Positions 9,168 through 19,751 of a stretch of DNA of 64,000 bases are shown here, one piece after another. Numbering within the stretch: position 1 is the first letter of the stretch; every line of letters begins with the position of its first letter. A program made the translations under genes and the position numbers. The notes below the pieces were generated by a model. The model had not been told where the DNA came from, ran no database searches, and worked only from the letters and a program-made list of their open reading frames with translations. The stretch comes from a virus: positions 45,847 through 109,846 of IMG/VR virus record IMGVR_UViG_3300045303_000182; one strand, written 5' to 3'.

Positions 9168-10096
9168 TGGATCATGATCGATCCCTCAGGACAGTTGCCC
9201 ACGCCAGGGTCGCCCCAAAAGTGCGGAGCGAAGTAGCCAGTGTGAGCACCGTCGTAGCGGATGTACTGGATGGGGTTGGTGAAGATCCGAGCCTGGGTGT
9301 TCGCCAGGATGTCGAGGACTCCACCGCCACCGATGTTGATGCCACCAGTCGTGGTCTGCACATAGGGACCAGTGCGGTTGACGTGACGCATGATGGCGCT
9401 GCCGCTGTCGCCATAGAACGAACCGCTCTGCGAGTCGAACCCGGCCGAGGCCGTGGCCTTGTTGCCAGAGTGGGCGACACCGCCGATCGTGCCGCTGGTC
9501 CCGTTGATCACACCGCCCGTGAGCGTGCCCGACATCGTGATGTTCGGAGCCGTCAGGGTGCCGCTCATCGAGATGCTGCCCGCCGAGACTGTGCCGGTGG
9601 TGACGAAGCCTGCCGCTGATATCGGGATATCGGAGACGAGGTTGGCGGCGTCGGTGGTGAGCTTGGCCGCTCTGGCACCGGTCTTGATCGAGACCCCGGT
9701 GCCGTCCACGGTGAGCACGCCGCCCATCACCAGGATCGGGTTGTCGAGCACCGTCTGCGTCGGCTGGAACGTGATGCCCTTGCCGCCAGCGTTCTTGTGC
9801 GAGATGGCGACACCGGCAGCGGTGTCCTGCAACGAGACGAGGTTCACCCACTGCGGGATCTGCACCCAGGTGTTCTGCGTCTTGGAGAACGCCTCCAGCC
9901 TGTCGCTCGCCTCGTTGTAGGTCGTCATCCCGAACTTCGGGTTCGGGTACTGCGTCTGACGCGATGCAGTCGTAGCGAAGCGCAGGACCGCGCGCTCCAT
10001 GATCCACTCGGCGTCGATCTCACGCCAGTAGTTGGAGTAGTCCACCCAGTCGGCCTTGCCATACCCACCAGCCGGAAGCGGTTCGATGATCGTCAT
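9164..10096 (-). CDS. Fibre-like virion protein
   Basis: Gly/Thr-rich beta repeats (ISMSGTLT, ITMSGTLT); coupled to neighbouring genes. Confidence 0.55.
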   Translation of the reverse strand: MTIIEPLPAGGYGKADWVDYSNYWREIDAEWIMERAVLRFATTASRQTQYPNPKFGMTTYNEASDRLEAFSKTQNTWVQIPQWVNLVSLQDTAAGVAISHKNAGGKGITFQPTQTVLDNPILVMGGVLTVDGTGVSIKTGARAAKLTTDAANLVSDIPISAAGFVTTGTVSAGSISMSGTLTAPNITMSGTLTGGVINGTSGTIGGVAHSGNKATASAGFDSQSGSFYGDSGSAIMRHVNRTGPYVQTTTGGINIGGGGVLDILANTQARIFTNPIQYIRYDGAHTGYFAPHFWGDPGVGNCPEGSIMIQ

Positions 10097-10617
10097 GGTG
10101 TCACCACCTCAGGTGCGGTCCCCGGAGGGAAGTCGAAGTTCATGTCGTCGTCAGGGAAGCTCTCGATGGCGGTGATGCCGATGATCACGTCCTCGCCCTT
10201 GGCGCGGCCGCGGATCTGGTAGGCGCTGATCTCCCAGTAGCGGCCGTCGTAGTAACACATGTCGTGCAGCCGGTCCCGCCGCCAGATCTCGCTGGGGCTG
10301 GTGTCGTAGACCCGGTTGCCGTGCGTCTCGGTGACGGAGAAGCCAGCCTCGTACATGTTCTTGGCCGAGACGGCGAGGCGCAGACGCTGCGTGGGCCGAC
10401 GACCCTCAGGGGCGTAGTCCTCGGTGGCCTCCTGCTGATCGACCCACAGGATGGGGATGACCTTGCCCTTGTGGTACTGGCGGTAGCCCTCGTCGTAAAC
10501 CCGGTCGTACCTCGAGGCGTCAGCGTCGAAGCGGAAGTAGATCAGCCCCTCACCGATGGTGCCGTAGTGGCGATCGAAGTGCTTCCAGATCTGGCGAACC
10601 TCACGGCGTGTGTCCAT
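10093..10617 (-). CDS. Head-closure / neck protein
   Basis: YDRVYDEG, D..YYDGRYWEI pattern; follows the adaptor gene. Confidence 0.55.
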   Translation of the reverse strand: MDTRREVRQIWKHFDRHYGTIGEGLIYFRFDADASRYDRVYDEGYRQYHKGKVIPILWVDQQEATEDYAPEGRRPTQRLRLAVSAKNMYEAGFSVTETHGNRVYDTSPSEIWRRDRLHDMCYYDGRYWEISAYQIRGRAKGEDVIIGITAIESFPDDDMNFDFPPGTAPEVVTP

Positions 10618-10798
10618 CGGACACCCCTTGCCGATCGAGGAGCTCCGGGGCCATCTGCATCTTCATCTCGACCTCGCGCTCCTCGGTGAGCGCCCCGCAC
10701 TCTCCGCACCGCGTCACGTTGGTGTCCTCGTCCCACATGACGTTGGCGTCCTTGCCCTTGCACCACCCGGTGTGCTCGGTGTGCTGCTCCTTCATCAC
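10601..10798 (-). CDS. Small Zn-ribbon protein
   Basis: H..WC and CGECG; fills the gap between two structural genes. Confidence 0.4.
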   Translation of the reverse strand: MMKEQHTEHTGWCKGKDANVMWDEDTNVTRCGECGALTEEREVEMKMQMAPELLDRQGVSDGHTP

Positions 10799-11640
10799 GG
10801 CACCCCGAGCCAGCCAGGACCGACGGCCGGGTAGCCAGCGCCTGTGCTGCGGCGAGCGGATGAGCGGTCGTAGATCTCAACGCCATCGATCACTTCGACC
10901 GTGCCGTCATCGACCACGCCCATCGTGTAGTCGGGGATGGGCGGGTACAGCCGCTTGGGCCAGCGCGGATCATCGATCTCACGGTTCTGGTACATCGGCA
11001 CGTAGCGACCTGTGGTGAGGGCGACGCGGCGCAGCTTGAAGACCTCCAGAGCGCCGTAGCCGAGGTTCAACGACTGAGCGCGCGTCTGGTACTCGTTCTC
11101 CCAGTACTGCATCATCTGCAGCACCTGGGCGTAGCGCTGGTGGGCCGGGATGAACATGCCCTCGGGCGTTGACACATCGATGTCGAGCGCTAGCTCGATG
11201 CACAGCGACCACAGCAGACGGACGACCGCACCCATCTGAGCAACCTCGGACACAGCAGGATCGACCTCGCTGAGGTCTTGCCCCGGCGTGGTGTAGAGCA
11301 CCTCGTCCGAGATGTTCTGGACCGCTCGAGCAACGTCGGAGTCTGAGAACCAGATGTAGTGATATCCGGCTACCAGCACCCTCTGACCGATATATGACTC
11401 ATCGGTCAGCTTGAGGATCCCGTTCCGTTCATCAAGCTGCCACTTGTCGGTGAGCGCCGGCGTAGTCGGGTCGGCGTCCGGGGTGACGTAGACCTGCAGC
11501 GAGCCAGGCGAGACGAGCGGGTGCGGGAGCCGGATCGTCAAGACCTGGACCGGCCCCTCCTCCACTTCGAAGTACTGCGGGAAGTCGCGGACCAGGGACC
11601 GGACCCCACTCGCCATCTCGACATCGACCGCTGTAGCCAT
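10795..11640 (-). CDS. Head-to-tail adaptor
   Basis: DIDVSTPEGMFIP..QRY motif; position; leaderless-type TAAGGT-N6-ATG upstream. Confidence 0.6.
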   Translation of the reverse strand: MATAVDVEMASGVRSLVRDFPQYFEVEEGPVQVLTIRLPHPLVSPGSLQVYVTPDADPTTPALTDKWQLDERNGILKLTDESYIGQRVLVAGYHYIWFSDSDVARAVQNISDEVLYTTPGQDLSEVDPAVSEVAQMGAVVRLLWSLCIELALDIDVSTPEGMFIPAHQRYAQVLQMMQYWENEYQTRAQSLNLGYGALEVFKLRRVALTTGRYVPMYQNREIDDPRWPKRLYPPIPDYTMGVVDDGTVEVIDGVEIYDRSSARRSTGAGYPAVGPGWLGVP

Positions 11641-11649
11641 GCCTCAACC

Positions 11650-12078
11650 TTACGCTGGGAGCCGCATCCACACCCCGATGGTGGGCGGCTTGTCGTCGGG
11701 CGGGACCGCCGGGAGCACAGGCCGGATGATCAGGGTGCCGGTGCGCGCGATGGTGATCGGAGAGTCATCGGCGTTGGTGTCGATGAAGGCCAGCACGTTG
11801 GGGTTGCCGTTGCCCACGTCCTGGGCCACCACGACCTGATACGGAGTGGCAGCAGACACCTTCTGGAAGGCGACCGGAAGACCCATCGCCTGCCCGTCTT
11901 CGAAGTACCGACCCATGATGGGCTGGACGCCACCGCGCTCGCCACCGAGGTCGGCCACCGTCTTGGCGACGGGGTCGAATGAGACATTGGTGCAGAGCAG
12001 AGCAAGGATCGAGTCGTACTGCCAGGTGAGCTTGCCCTGAGCGAAGAGCGCTGCGACCTGTTCGTAGTTCTGGTTCAT
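11650..12078 (-). CDS. Virion-associated hypothetical protein
   Basis: Start chosen at MNQNY after a GAAGGGA RBS; LAFIDT motif. Confidence 0.5.
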   Translation of the reverse strand: MNQNYEQVAALFAQGKLTWQYDSILALLCTNVSFDPVAKTVADLGGERGGVQPIMGRYFEDGQAMGLPVAFQKVSAATPYQVVVAQDVGNGNPNVLAFIDTNADDSPITIARTGTLIIRPVLPAVPPDDKPPTIGVWMRLPA

Positions 12079-12098
12079 AGCTGGGTATCCCTTCCGAT

Positions 12099-15000
12099 CT
12101 ACACAAGTTCCCACACCAGTTCGTCACCGCAGTACACCCGATCGACGGCCTCGTCTCCGAGGAATAGTACGTCAGCCTCGTTGAGCGTGGTCCCACGACC
12201 GGCAGCGACAGCGAACGCCCGCGCATCCCAGGTGTCCCAGCCCCCGTAGGCGAGAGCGAAGTGCTCGACGGTTCCGGTGGCGCTGAAGGTCGCCGCGTAG
12301 ACCGTGAGGATCGACGCCTGGCGCTCGATGGTCGCCAGCGCCGTGGCGGTCCAGGTGCCCCAGTCCGCAGTGATGAGGCCGGGAACAGCGACGGAGACTT
12401 CCGCTGTAGCGATCCACCGGCCCCAGTTGGTGGTGATGGAAGCAGGGTGGTTGATGTAGACGACACCGACGGCAGTAGCGCTCCACGCCCCCCAGTTGGT
12501 GCTGATCGACGCCGAGGTGGTGATGCCGTGCGCGTCGCCAACAGCGGTCGCCGTCCACGTCCCCCAGTCCGACGTGATCGTGGCAGCGGTTGCGCGCGTC
12601 GCGCTCGCCGTTGCCGTCCAGGCCCATGTCGTCGTGATCGACGCTGGGTGCTCAACGGTGGCGCTCGACCCCAGGAACGTCGTGCCCCAGTTGGTGGTGG
12701 CAGACGCTGCTACCAGAGGGATGGCTACCGCAGTGGCGTCCCACAGCCCCCAGTTCGTCGTGATCGTGGCGTCGATCTCCTCGGCCACGACCTGCGCTGT
12801 AGCAACGGCCTGCCAGGTGCCCCACGATGTCTCGACGCTGGCGTAGACGGTGTGAATGGCCTCGGCGCTGGCCGTCCAGGTGCCCCACGACGTGGTGATG
12901 CTGGCGTTGCGCTGGATCGGCTGGGCCGTGGCTGTCGCTGTCCAGGTGCCCCAGTCGCTGACGCTCGTCGCTGGGTGCTCGACCTCGGCCGTGGCTGCCG
13001 CCGCCCACGCCCAAACCGTGTCAACGGTCCCATAGTGGGATATCGGCAAGGCGACCGCGATCGCGGTCCAGCCTCCCCAGTTGGTGGTGATGAACCCAAC
13101 CGCCTGGCCCTCTTGGGTGCCGATCGCTGTGGCGCTCCAAGCACCCCAGTTGGTGGAGATCGAGGCGATGTGCGCGATCGGGTCAGCGATCGCTGTCGCA
13201 GCCCACGTACCCCAAAGCGATGTGATAGTGGACGTGTGGCCGACGAGCGCCGTAGCGGTCGCTGCCCATCCACCCCACAGCGTGTCGATCGACGCCGAAT
13301 CCTCGACAACGGCTACCGCTGTCGCCGCCCACGTTCCCCAATCGGCCGTACTCGAGGCTGCGGTCGTTCGGACCGCCGTCGCTGTTGCTGCCCACGACCA
13401 GACCTCTGTGGCAGTGGCTGAACGCTCGACAACAGCAATCGCCGTCGTCGTCCACCCTCCCCACGGAGAATCAGAGGTAGCACTGGTCTCGCGGACAGCG
13501 ACGGCATCGGCAACCCAGCCGCCCCAGTTGCTGATGGCCGTGCCGGAAATGACCGGGAACGCTTCGGCCGTACCGAGCCACCCACCCCAGTAGCTGACGA
13601 TGGTGGCGGGATGCTCGACCTCAGCAGTCGCTGGCCCGGTCCACCCACCCCAGTTGGTGGCGACCGATGCGTTGCGCTGGATCGGATCAGCAGTCGCAGT
13701 AGCGGTCCAGGTGCCCCACGACGTGACGCTCGTCGCGATGTGCTCCGATATGGCAGCGGCAGTAGCGGTCCAGGCGTCCCATACCGATGTGACAGTGGCC
13801 GGGTGATCAGGAGCCGCGACAGCCGTTGCTGTCCAGGTGCCCCAAGAAGAAGAAATGGCACCATCGGTCGATCGAACACTGGTTGCGGTGGCCGTCCATG
13901 TGCCCCAACTCGAGGCAGCGTTGGCCGGGTGACTGACCGTGGCAGTGGCGATCCAGAAGTCACCCCCGCCTGCCGGAACTCCTGCGCCGAGGTACTTGGC
14001 CCGCAGGTGATCCTCGACGCTCTTGCGCTGGGCACCCGACAACCGACGGTCGTAAAGGCACACCTCGGCCACTTCGGCGTCGCACGTCTCCGCAGTGCTC
14101 ATGTCGTAGCCACTGATGGCGAACGTGTCCGACCAACCGGCAGAGGTCGCCGCCGTACCGAGGAGCAACCCGTCACCGAAGAAGCGGGTCAGTCCAGTGA
14201 TCCCGTCAGCCGAGTACATCTTCCATGCGCCCGTCATGGGTGTCTGTGTGTTCGGGTTGGTGAACCCGGCGTCGTAACACACATCCTCAAAGCCGTTCCA
14301 GTACCCGACGAGAAGGTTGGCTGGTGGGTAGATGCCGCTGATGACGCGGCCGATCGCACCGCCAGGGATGATCCGCCCGACGTAGACCAGCGTCCAGTCG
14401 ATGTTGACGCCCGTCCCGCTGCTCATGCGGATCCGGCCCTCGTTGATCTTGAAGCGCACGCTCGACAGGCCGTTGAGGGTGTTGCCCTGGACAACAGGCT
14501 CCGGGGTGCCGATCACCGGGATATCGACGGCACTGCCCTGGTTGGACCACGATGTGAGCGGCCCGAGTGGAAGCGCGTTGGCTTCTAGCCAGACAGTCAG
14601 GCCCGGTATGTCACTGGGAGAGAACGATGGCGCAACGGCGTTCCACACCGTGGTAACCGACGCCGGGTGCTCGACCCCGGCTGTTGCCGTCGCGACCCAG
14701 GCACCCCAGTTGGTGAGGATGACGCTGGAGAGCTCCGGCGTCGCCATCGCTGTCGCCGTCCAACCTCCCCATGACGTAGCGATCGATGCTGGTGTCGCGC
14801 GAACGGCTGTGACAGTGGATGCCCAGGTTCCCCACGACGAGACAGCAGAGGCTGGGTGCTCGACGGATGCGCTCGCTGTAGCCGACCAGCCGCCCCAGTT
14901 CGATGTGATAGTGGCAGGCCAAATGGAAGAGGCTGTCCCCGTCGCTGTTGCTACCCATGTGCCCCAGGAGGTAAGTGCTGTAGCCGGGTGCTCCAACGTC

Positions 15001-15377
15001 GCCGTCGCTGTTGCCGCCCAGGTGCCCCACGACTGAGCGGAGGTCGCTGCAGTAGCTCGGACAGCGGTCGCTGTTGCCGCCCACGTTCCCCAGGACTGAG
15101 ACGAGGTGGCAGCAGTCGCGCGAACAGCCGTGGCTGTCGCCGTCCACGACCATCTCTCGGTGATGGTGCCAGCGACCGTCGGGATGGCGGCAGCGGTCCA
15201 GGGCAGGTATGTCCAGTTGGAAGCAATCGTCGCTGCTCGACCAACCGTGGCGGTGGCTGTACCAGACCAACCACCCCAGTTGGTGGTGATCGTGGCGACT
15301 ACTTCAGGCTTCTCCAGAGTGCGCTGAGCGCCACTCTCAAGTGTCCGTTGAACTCCAGACTCTAGGAAGCGGCTCAC
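12099..15377 (-). CDS. Long WGxW-repeat fibre protein with inserted LamG/concanavalin-like domain
   Basis: About 40 copies of a ~20-aa unit (A[TS]I[TS][TS]NWG[GTA]W[TSA]ATATA). Central PSDIPGLTVWLEA...AEVCLYDRRLS lectin-like domain. Confidence 0.75.
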   Translation of the reverse strand: MSRFLESGVQRTLESGAQRTLEKPEVVATITTNWGGWSGTATATVGRAATIASNWTYLPWTAAAIPTVAGTITERWSWTATATAVRATAATSSQSWGTWAATATAVRATAATSAQSWGTWAATATATLEHPATALTSWGTWVATATGTASSIWPATITSNWGGWSATASASVEHPASAVSSWGTWASTVTAVRATPASIATSWGGWTATAMATPELSSVILTNWGAWVATATAGVEHPASVTTVWNAVAPSFSPSDIPGLTVWLEANALPLGPLTSWSNQGSAVDIPVIGTPEPVVQGNTLNGLSSVRFKINEGRIRMSSGTGVNIDWTLVYVGRIIPGGAIGRVISGIYPPANLLVGYWNGFEDVCYDAGFTNPNTQTPMTGAWKMYSADGITGLTRFFGDGLLLGTAATSAGWSDTFAISGYDMSTAETCDAEVAEVCLYDRRLSGAQRKSVEDHLRAKYLGAGVPAGGGDFWIATATVSHPANAASSWGTWTATATSVRSTDGAISSSWGTWTATAVAAPDHPATVTSVWDAWTATAAAISEHIATSVTSWGTWTATATADPIQRNASVATNWGGWTGPATAEVEHPATIVSYWGGWLGTAEAFPVISGTAISNWGGWVADAVAVRETSATSDSPWGGWTTTAIAVVERSATATEVWSWAATATAVRTTAASSTADWGTWAATAVAVVEDSASIDTLWGGWAATATALVGHTSTITSLWGTWAATAIADPIAHIASISTNWGAWSATAIGTQEGQAVGFITTNWGGWTAIAVALPISHYGTVDTVWAWAAAATAEVEHPATSVSDWGTWTATATAQPIQRNASITTSWGTWTASAEAIHTVYASVETSWGTWQAVATAQVVAEEIDATITTNWGLWDATAVAIPLVAASATTNWGTTFLGSSATVEHPASITTTWAWTATASATRATAATITSDWGTWTATAVGDAHGITTSASISTNWGAWSATAVGVVYINHPASITTNWGRWIATAEVSVAVPGLITADWGTWTATALATIERQASILTVYAATFSATGTVEHFALAYGGWDTWDARAFAVAAGRGTTLNEADVLFLGDEAVDRVYCGDELVWELV

Positions 15378-15394
15378 GACACATCATCTCAGGT

Positions 15395-17308
15395 TCACGG
15401 CGCAGCGCCGGGTGCCCAGTAGCCCCTGGCCGCAGTCCAGTGCCAGTGAACGACGTTCCCAGCGATCGTGGCCGACTGCCCGGATGTCCAGTGCGCTGAG
15501 GTGCTGGAGTAGTAGCCGAACAACGAGCAGGCGGTGACCTGTTCGTTGGCCGGGAGAGCCGAAATCGCAGCGTTGGTGACGACATCACTCGGGTTCACAA
15601 GCGTGCCCCCGTTGGAGGGGGCGGCACCGCTCACCCAGGCTGTGCCGTTCCAGTAGTACTGGTGGATCACTGCCCCGTTGAGCATGTTGTAGAAGCGGAA
15701 GTCGGAGTTGCAGACGGTCGTTGTACGGTTGACCCAGGCGCTTCTGAACAGCGGCACGTAGCCGTAGCCCAGCAGGGCGGCAGCGATGGTGGAGTTGGAA
15801 GCCGTCACTCGGGAGTCGATGAAGGTTTGGCCCGGTGTCACTGCATACGTCGCCGCCTCATGGATCGTCACGGGAGCCGCAAGGATCACCCAAGATGTGC
15901 CGTTCCACTGAATGATGGCGTTCCCCATCCAGACGTGCTGATCGGCGGTCCACGGCGACGACGGGCTTCCCACGAAGTAGCTGTTCATCACGGCGACCTG
16001 ATCCGCAGCGGCGATCGCACCGCAGTTCGGGTTGGAGCTATTGGGGTTGTAGAGCGACAGGGTGGTCGGTGCCAGAGCCGTTGGGGTGCCGTACTGAATG
16101 TTGGCGCTCCAATGGGAACCATTCCAGAACTGGCTGGCACCCAGGTACTTCATCCTCTTGTAGGGGGCGGTGTTCGACCTCCAGGCCAGCTTCTCCGAAG
16201 CTGCTGCTCGATACCCAGCAGCGGTCAGCCACGTAGCGAAGGTGCCGTCCTGGTACCCAATGCCCAGGGCAGGCAGGTCAGATTGATGAATGACATACTG
16301 ATCATCAGGAAGCAGCGCCGTCTTGACCGGCGTCGGCGGGGCGGTACCGGGTGACACACCGTTCATGAAGGTGCCTGTGGTCATCCCGTACATCTGCTGC
16401 CCACCGATCGTCGTGTATGACGTTGGTGACCAGACCTCGTAGTTGCCGCTAGCGCCGACAGTCGCGTACGCCTCAGCAGCCCAGGCCCGTTGTTCCGCTG
16501 GCAGCGCTGCAATGCCTGCGTGGGCGAGCGTCTGCGTCATGTAGGCGTAGTTCGTTGTCGATGCGTACGTCCACCCTCCTGCGCCGGTCCAGAAGAAGCT
16601 GTACGTAGTGTTTGCCGTGGGACTCGGGAATCTGACGGCACCAGTGGTGTTGGTGAACCCAGGCGCTCCAATAGCGGGGTTCATCGTGTAGCCGAGGCCC
16701 GTGAGCTTGGCGGCGTTGGTGGCATCACCAGCCGTGATGTTCGGGTCCATTACCACCGCGCACCCTGGTGTGAGCGTCTTGTCCCAGGCGTTCCCCAGGT
16801 ACTCCGGGCCGGTCGAGGCGAACTCCCAGGCGGTGCCGTTCCACCTGACGACGTGACCAAGAGTGTTGGAGGCGTGACTCACCACGGCGTACTGGCCTGC
16901 CGCCCACGCTGTCAGAGGGCTGGCGACGCACAGCTTGTCTAGGTTGGTGATCCTCCGAGCAAGCGACAGTCGATTCCAGTCGAGATACCAGACGTAGCTG
17001 CTACTCGCCCCGCCCGTCGGCGTGAGCGTGGTCCTGGTGTTGCTTGGGGTGAACGGCCTCCACTCCGACCCCGACCAGAAGAACGTGCTCCCGGCGTAGG
17101 TCATCGTTGTTGTGCTACCGAACCACGCATCAACGAACTGAGGGTCGGGATAGAACCCGCAGTAGGTCAGGTAGGGGGCCTGCTGTGACGAGTTGGTGGC
17201 GTGCGTCGGCATCAGCGGATCGGCAGCGAACACGTCCTTCGGCCAGACCGCTGCCTTGCTGGCGACGCGCGACACGATCGCTGATGCTGTGACACCAGCG
17301 ATGGGCAT
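15395..17308 (-). CDS. Repeat virion protein (about 8 W-x-G-x-x-W modules)
   Basis: Repeated AWxxGQ...WNGTxW modules. Start MPIAG overlaps the upstream stop (TGATG). Confidence 0.6.
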   Translation of the reverse strand: MPIAGVTASAIVSRVASKAAVWPKDVFAADPLMPTHATNSSQQAPYLTYCGFYPDPQFVDAWFGSTTTMTYAGSTFFWSGSEWRPFTPSNTRTTLTPTGGASSSYVWYLDWNRLSLARRITNLDKLCVASPLTAWAAGQYAVVSHASNTLGHVVRWNGTAWEFASTGPEYLGNAWDKTLTPGCAVVMDPNITAGDATNAAKLTGLGYTMNPAIGAPGFTNTTGAVRFPSPTANTTYSFFWTGAGGWTYASTTNYAYMTQTLAHAGIAALPAEQRAWAAEAYATVGASGNYEVWSPTSYTTIGGQQMYGMTTGTFMNGVSPGTAPPTPVKTALLPDDQYVIHQSDLPALGIGYQDGTFATWLTAAGYRAAASEKLAWRSNTAPYKRMKYLGASQFWNGSHWSANIQYGTPTALAPTTLSLYNPNSSNPNCGAIAAADQVAVMNSYFVGSPSSPWTADQHVWMGNAIIQWNGTSWVILAAPVTIHEAATYAVTPGQTFIDSRVTASNSTIAAALLGYGYVPLFRSAWVNRTTTVCNSDFRFYNMLNGAVIHQYYWNGTAWVSGAAPSNGGTLVNPSDVVTNAAISALPANEQVTACSLFGYYSSTSAHWTSGQSATIAGNVVHWHWTAARGYWAPGAAP

Positions 17309-19323
17309 CAGCCAAGATCCCCGAACACAACCCAACGAGTGCTGCTGATCAGCTTCGCTGTGACAACACCGTTCTGTGCCCGAATCGCGAGCTTGCCGTC
17401 AGCCGAGACGATCGTCGCGCCCGACCCTGCTGCGAACGTCACCGTCTGAGTCGTATCACGCATGTAGTGGTACTCAGACCCGACCACGATGCTGGTGTTG
17501 GCAGCCGTGCCCAGCGTGATGGTGACCGCTGAAGCAGTGGTCAGGTAGCAGAAGTCCCCAGCACCCGATGGTAGAGGCGAGATCGAAGCGGAGACCGAGG
17601 TGGTGACGGGCGCTCCCCCACCACGCTTTGCCCACACCAAGGCGTAAGAGCCAACCGCGGCTGGCGCATTGGATGTGCAGGTCCACTCGGTATCAGCTTG
17701 CGCTGTTCCCTCGGACACGAACACCGTGGCGTTGGTAGCAGTCGATGAGGTCGCCATATCAGTAGCGCGCGTCCATGCCCCGTTGGCGACCACGTAAATG
17801 CCGTTCTGAGTCTGAGTGGTCTGATCCTTCACCAGGACACGGTTGCCAGACACCGCACTGACACCGTCAATGGTCTGCGCTCCGCTCAGCGACGCGATGT
17901 TGGCTGTGCTGGCGCACCGCACCGCCGCCTTCCACGACAGAGTGAGAGGAACAGCATCGACGTACCCCTTGTTGGCAGCGTCGGTGTCGTTGTTCGGGCT
18001 GGAGACGTTCCTGACGTAGTACCCGCCGAACGACACGTTGCCTGTCGGTACAGCCAGGGCGTTGAGCGGGATGGTCGAGTGGGCCGCAGCGTTGTGGGAG
18101 GCAGGATCGAGCGCACCTAGTTGCTGCCAGCCCGTCCACCCACTCGGTCCATCGACGTAGGTGTACGCCCGAAAGAAGACCAGGGGAAGGGCGGCTGGGA
18201 TGTAGCCGTCGGTGGGGTGCGCTGTCCACTTCTGAGCGACTTGGACGGAGTCACCGCGAACGACCTCGAGCGTCCCCGGATACGTGTTCGCCATCGCCGG
18301 CGCGTGCTGAGCCGTCGCGTTGTTCGTGTAGCTGGTCGTGTACTGCCCTCGGTTCGTGAAGGTGTCCCAGTCTTGAGTCGAACCGACGTTGCCAATGACG
18401 TTCGTTCCAAATGTGACCGTGGGGTCTTTCCAGTACCCGTCGTCACACAACACGTTGTAGCCAGAACCAGACGCGGGACCGGGAACCAGACCCTTCGTGT
18501 TCCACTGGAAGACGGGGAGCAGCGCGGCGGCTTGAGCAGCAGTCAGATCCTTCGGGTCAGCGGTCGAGCCAGTGTTGTTGCCCTTGAAGGTGTTGGCAGG
18601 CATGTTCGCCAACACACTGTTGGTGACGGAGTCAGCAGAGGACGCTGGCGTGAACTCCCAAATGGATTCGTACCACGTAGCGCCGCCACCAGCGGCAAGC
18701 CCGATAACGACGGGCACCTGAACGTAGTCACCCAACAGGCCACTCACTCCAGTGGTCGTGAACAATGACCGCTCAGTGGGGTTGCCAACGATCGAGCCGA
18801 GGATTCGTGAGCCGGGTGGCAGCGTCAACAGGAACGCCGTGAGATCGGTGCTGTTCTTGTCGTAGATCGAGAACCGCAGCCATGTCGGGGAGTTGGTGTA
18901 CGAGAAGTAGCCCGTACTGGTTGACACCTCTGACATCCCTGGCACTGCTCCAGGCGTGATGTTGCCATTCCACCTGTAGGGCAGTGGGACGTTCTGCCAG
19001 TAGGCGTCTCCATCAGAGTCGCTGTTCTTGGTCAACACCTGACTGGTTGTGCCGCCGTTGGGCGCTGGCGGGCTGTACCAGTCCCACATGTCAACGTCCG
19101 GTCCCCAACTCTTGAGCACTCGGTTGGCGCTTCCCGGCGCAGGGAGCGGTGGAGCACCGACGCCGTTGGCGTTGAGGAAGGTGACCATCTCCGACAGCGT
19201 GAGGCTCTTGTTGGTCCCCGTCGGAGCCATCGACTTGTCGGAGACATCGACCGTCTCGATCAGGTCGGCCCCGGTGGCGACATCCCCGGTCAACGCCGCC
19301 AGTTCAGTGATCTTGCCTGGCAT
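17308..19323 (-). CDS. Tail/head fibre protein (mosaic)
   Basis: KITEL N-terminus, GGTTSQVLTKNS..D repeat, DAANKGYVD, WKAAVRCASTANI...RVLVKDQT..QNGIYVV fibre modules. Confidence 0.75.
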   Translation of the reverse strand: MPGKITELAALTGDVATGADLIETVDVSDKSMAPTGTNKSLTLSEMVTFLNANGVGAPPLPAPGSANRVLKSWGPDVDMWDWYSPPAPNGGTTSQVLTKNSDSDGDAYWQNVPLPYRWNGNITPGAVPGMSEVSTSTGYFSYTNSPTWLRFSIYDKNSTDLTAFLLTLPPGSRILGSIVGNPTERSLFTTTGVSGLLGDYVQVPVVIGLAAGGGATWYESIWEFTPASSADSVTNSVLANMPANTFKGNNTGSTADPKDLTAAQAAALLPVFQWNTKGLVPGPASGSGYNVLCDDGYWKDPTVTFGTNVIGNVGSTQDWDTFTNRGQYTTSYTNNATAQHAPAMANTYPGTLEVVRGDSVQVAQKWTAHPTDGYIPAALPLVFFRAYTYVDGPSGWTGWQQLGALDPASHNAAAHSTIPLNALAVPTGNVSFGGYYVRNVSSPNNDTDAANKGYVDAVPLTLSWKAAVRCASTANIASLSGAQTIDGVSAVSGNRVLVKDQTTQTQNGIYVVANGAWTRATDMATSSTATNATVFVSEGTAQADTEWTCTSNAPAAVGSYALVWAKRGGGAPVTTSVSASISPLPSGAGDFCYLTTASAVTITLGTAANTSIVVGSEYHYMRDTTQTVTFAAGSGATIVSADGKLAIRAQNGVVTAKLISSTRWVVFGDLG

Positions 19324-19334
19324 CAGCCGACCAC

Positions 19335-19730
19335 CTACGCGGCGACGTTGAGGCCGATGGAGATGGCTCCGATCGCGAACGTCAGTGTGTCACCAGCGGT
19401 GTAGGCGTTGGCGGTGATGATCCCTGAGCCGAGGAAGTTGCCCGCCGAGGTGGCGTCCCACAGGGAGTAGTGAGAGGCGTCCTGCGAACCAGCGATGCCG
19501 GTGTACTGCACCTGCGCGTCGTTGAGGATCGAAGTGACGCCAGCAGCCGTCGAGACGTTGCCCATGGAGACAGCCTTGCGGGCCGTTTCCGTCGCTGGCG
19601 CGGTCACGCCGGCAGCGCCGGGGTCAGCGATGTGGAGTTGGATGTATGTCTGGGCGACAGAGAACGACAGCGCGTTGAACGTAGCGTCGAGCCACTTGCC
19701 GACCAGATAGGAGCTTGGTCCTAGTGCCAT
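19335..19730 (-). CDS. Small fibre-associated structural protein
   Basis: YIQLHIADPG...LWDATSAGNFL...GDTLTF pattern common in phage fibre clusters. Confidence 0.65.
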   Translation of the reverse strand: MALGPSSYLVGKWLDATFNALSFSVAQTYIQLHIADPGAAGVTAPATETARKAVSMGNVSTAAGVTSILNDAQVQYTGIAGSQDASHYSLWDATSAGNFLGSGIITANAYTAGDTLTFAIGAISIGLNVAA

Positions 19731-19751
19731 GTCTGGTTACCTTTCGTTGAG

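Noticed and set aside
12099-15377. Diversity-generating retroelement or DNA tandem repeat
   Set aside because: Repeats are at protein level with diverged codons. I saw no reverse transcriptase or adenine-variant template/variable pair.
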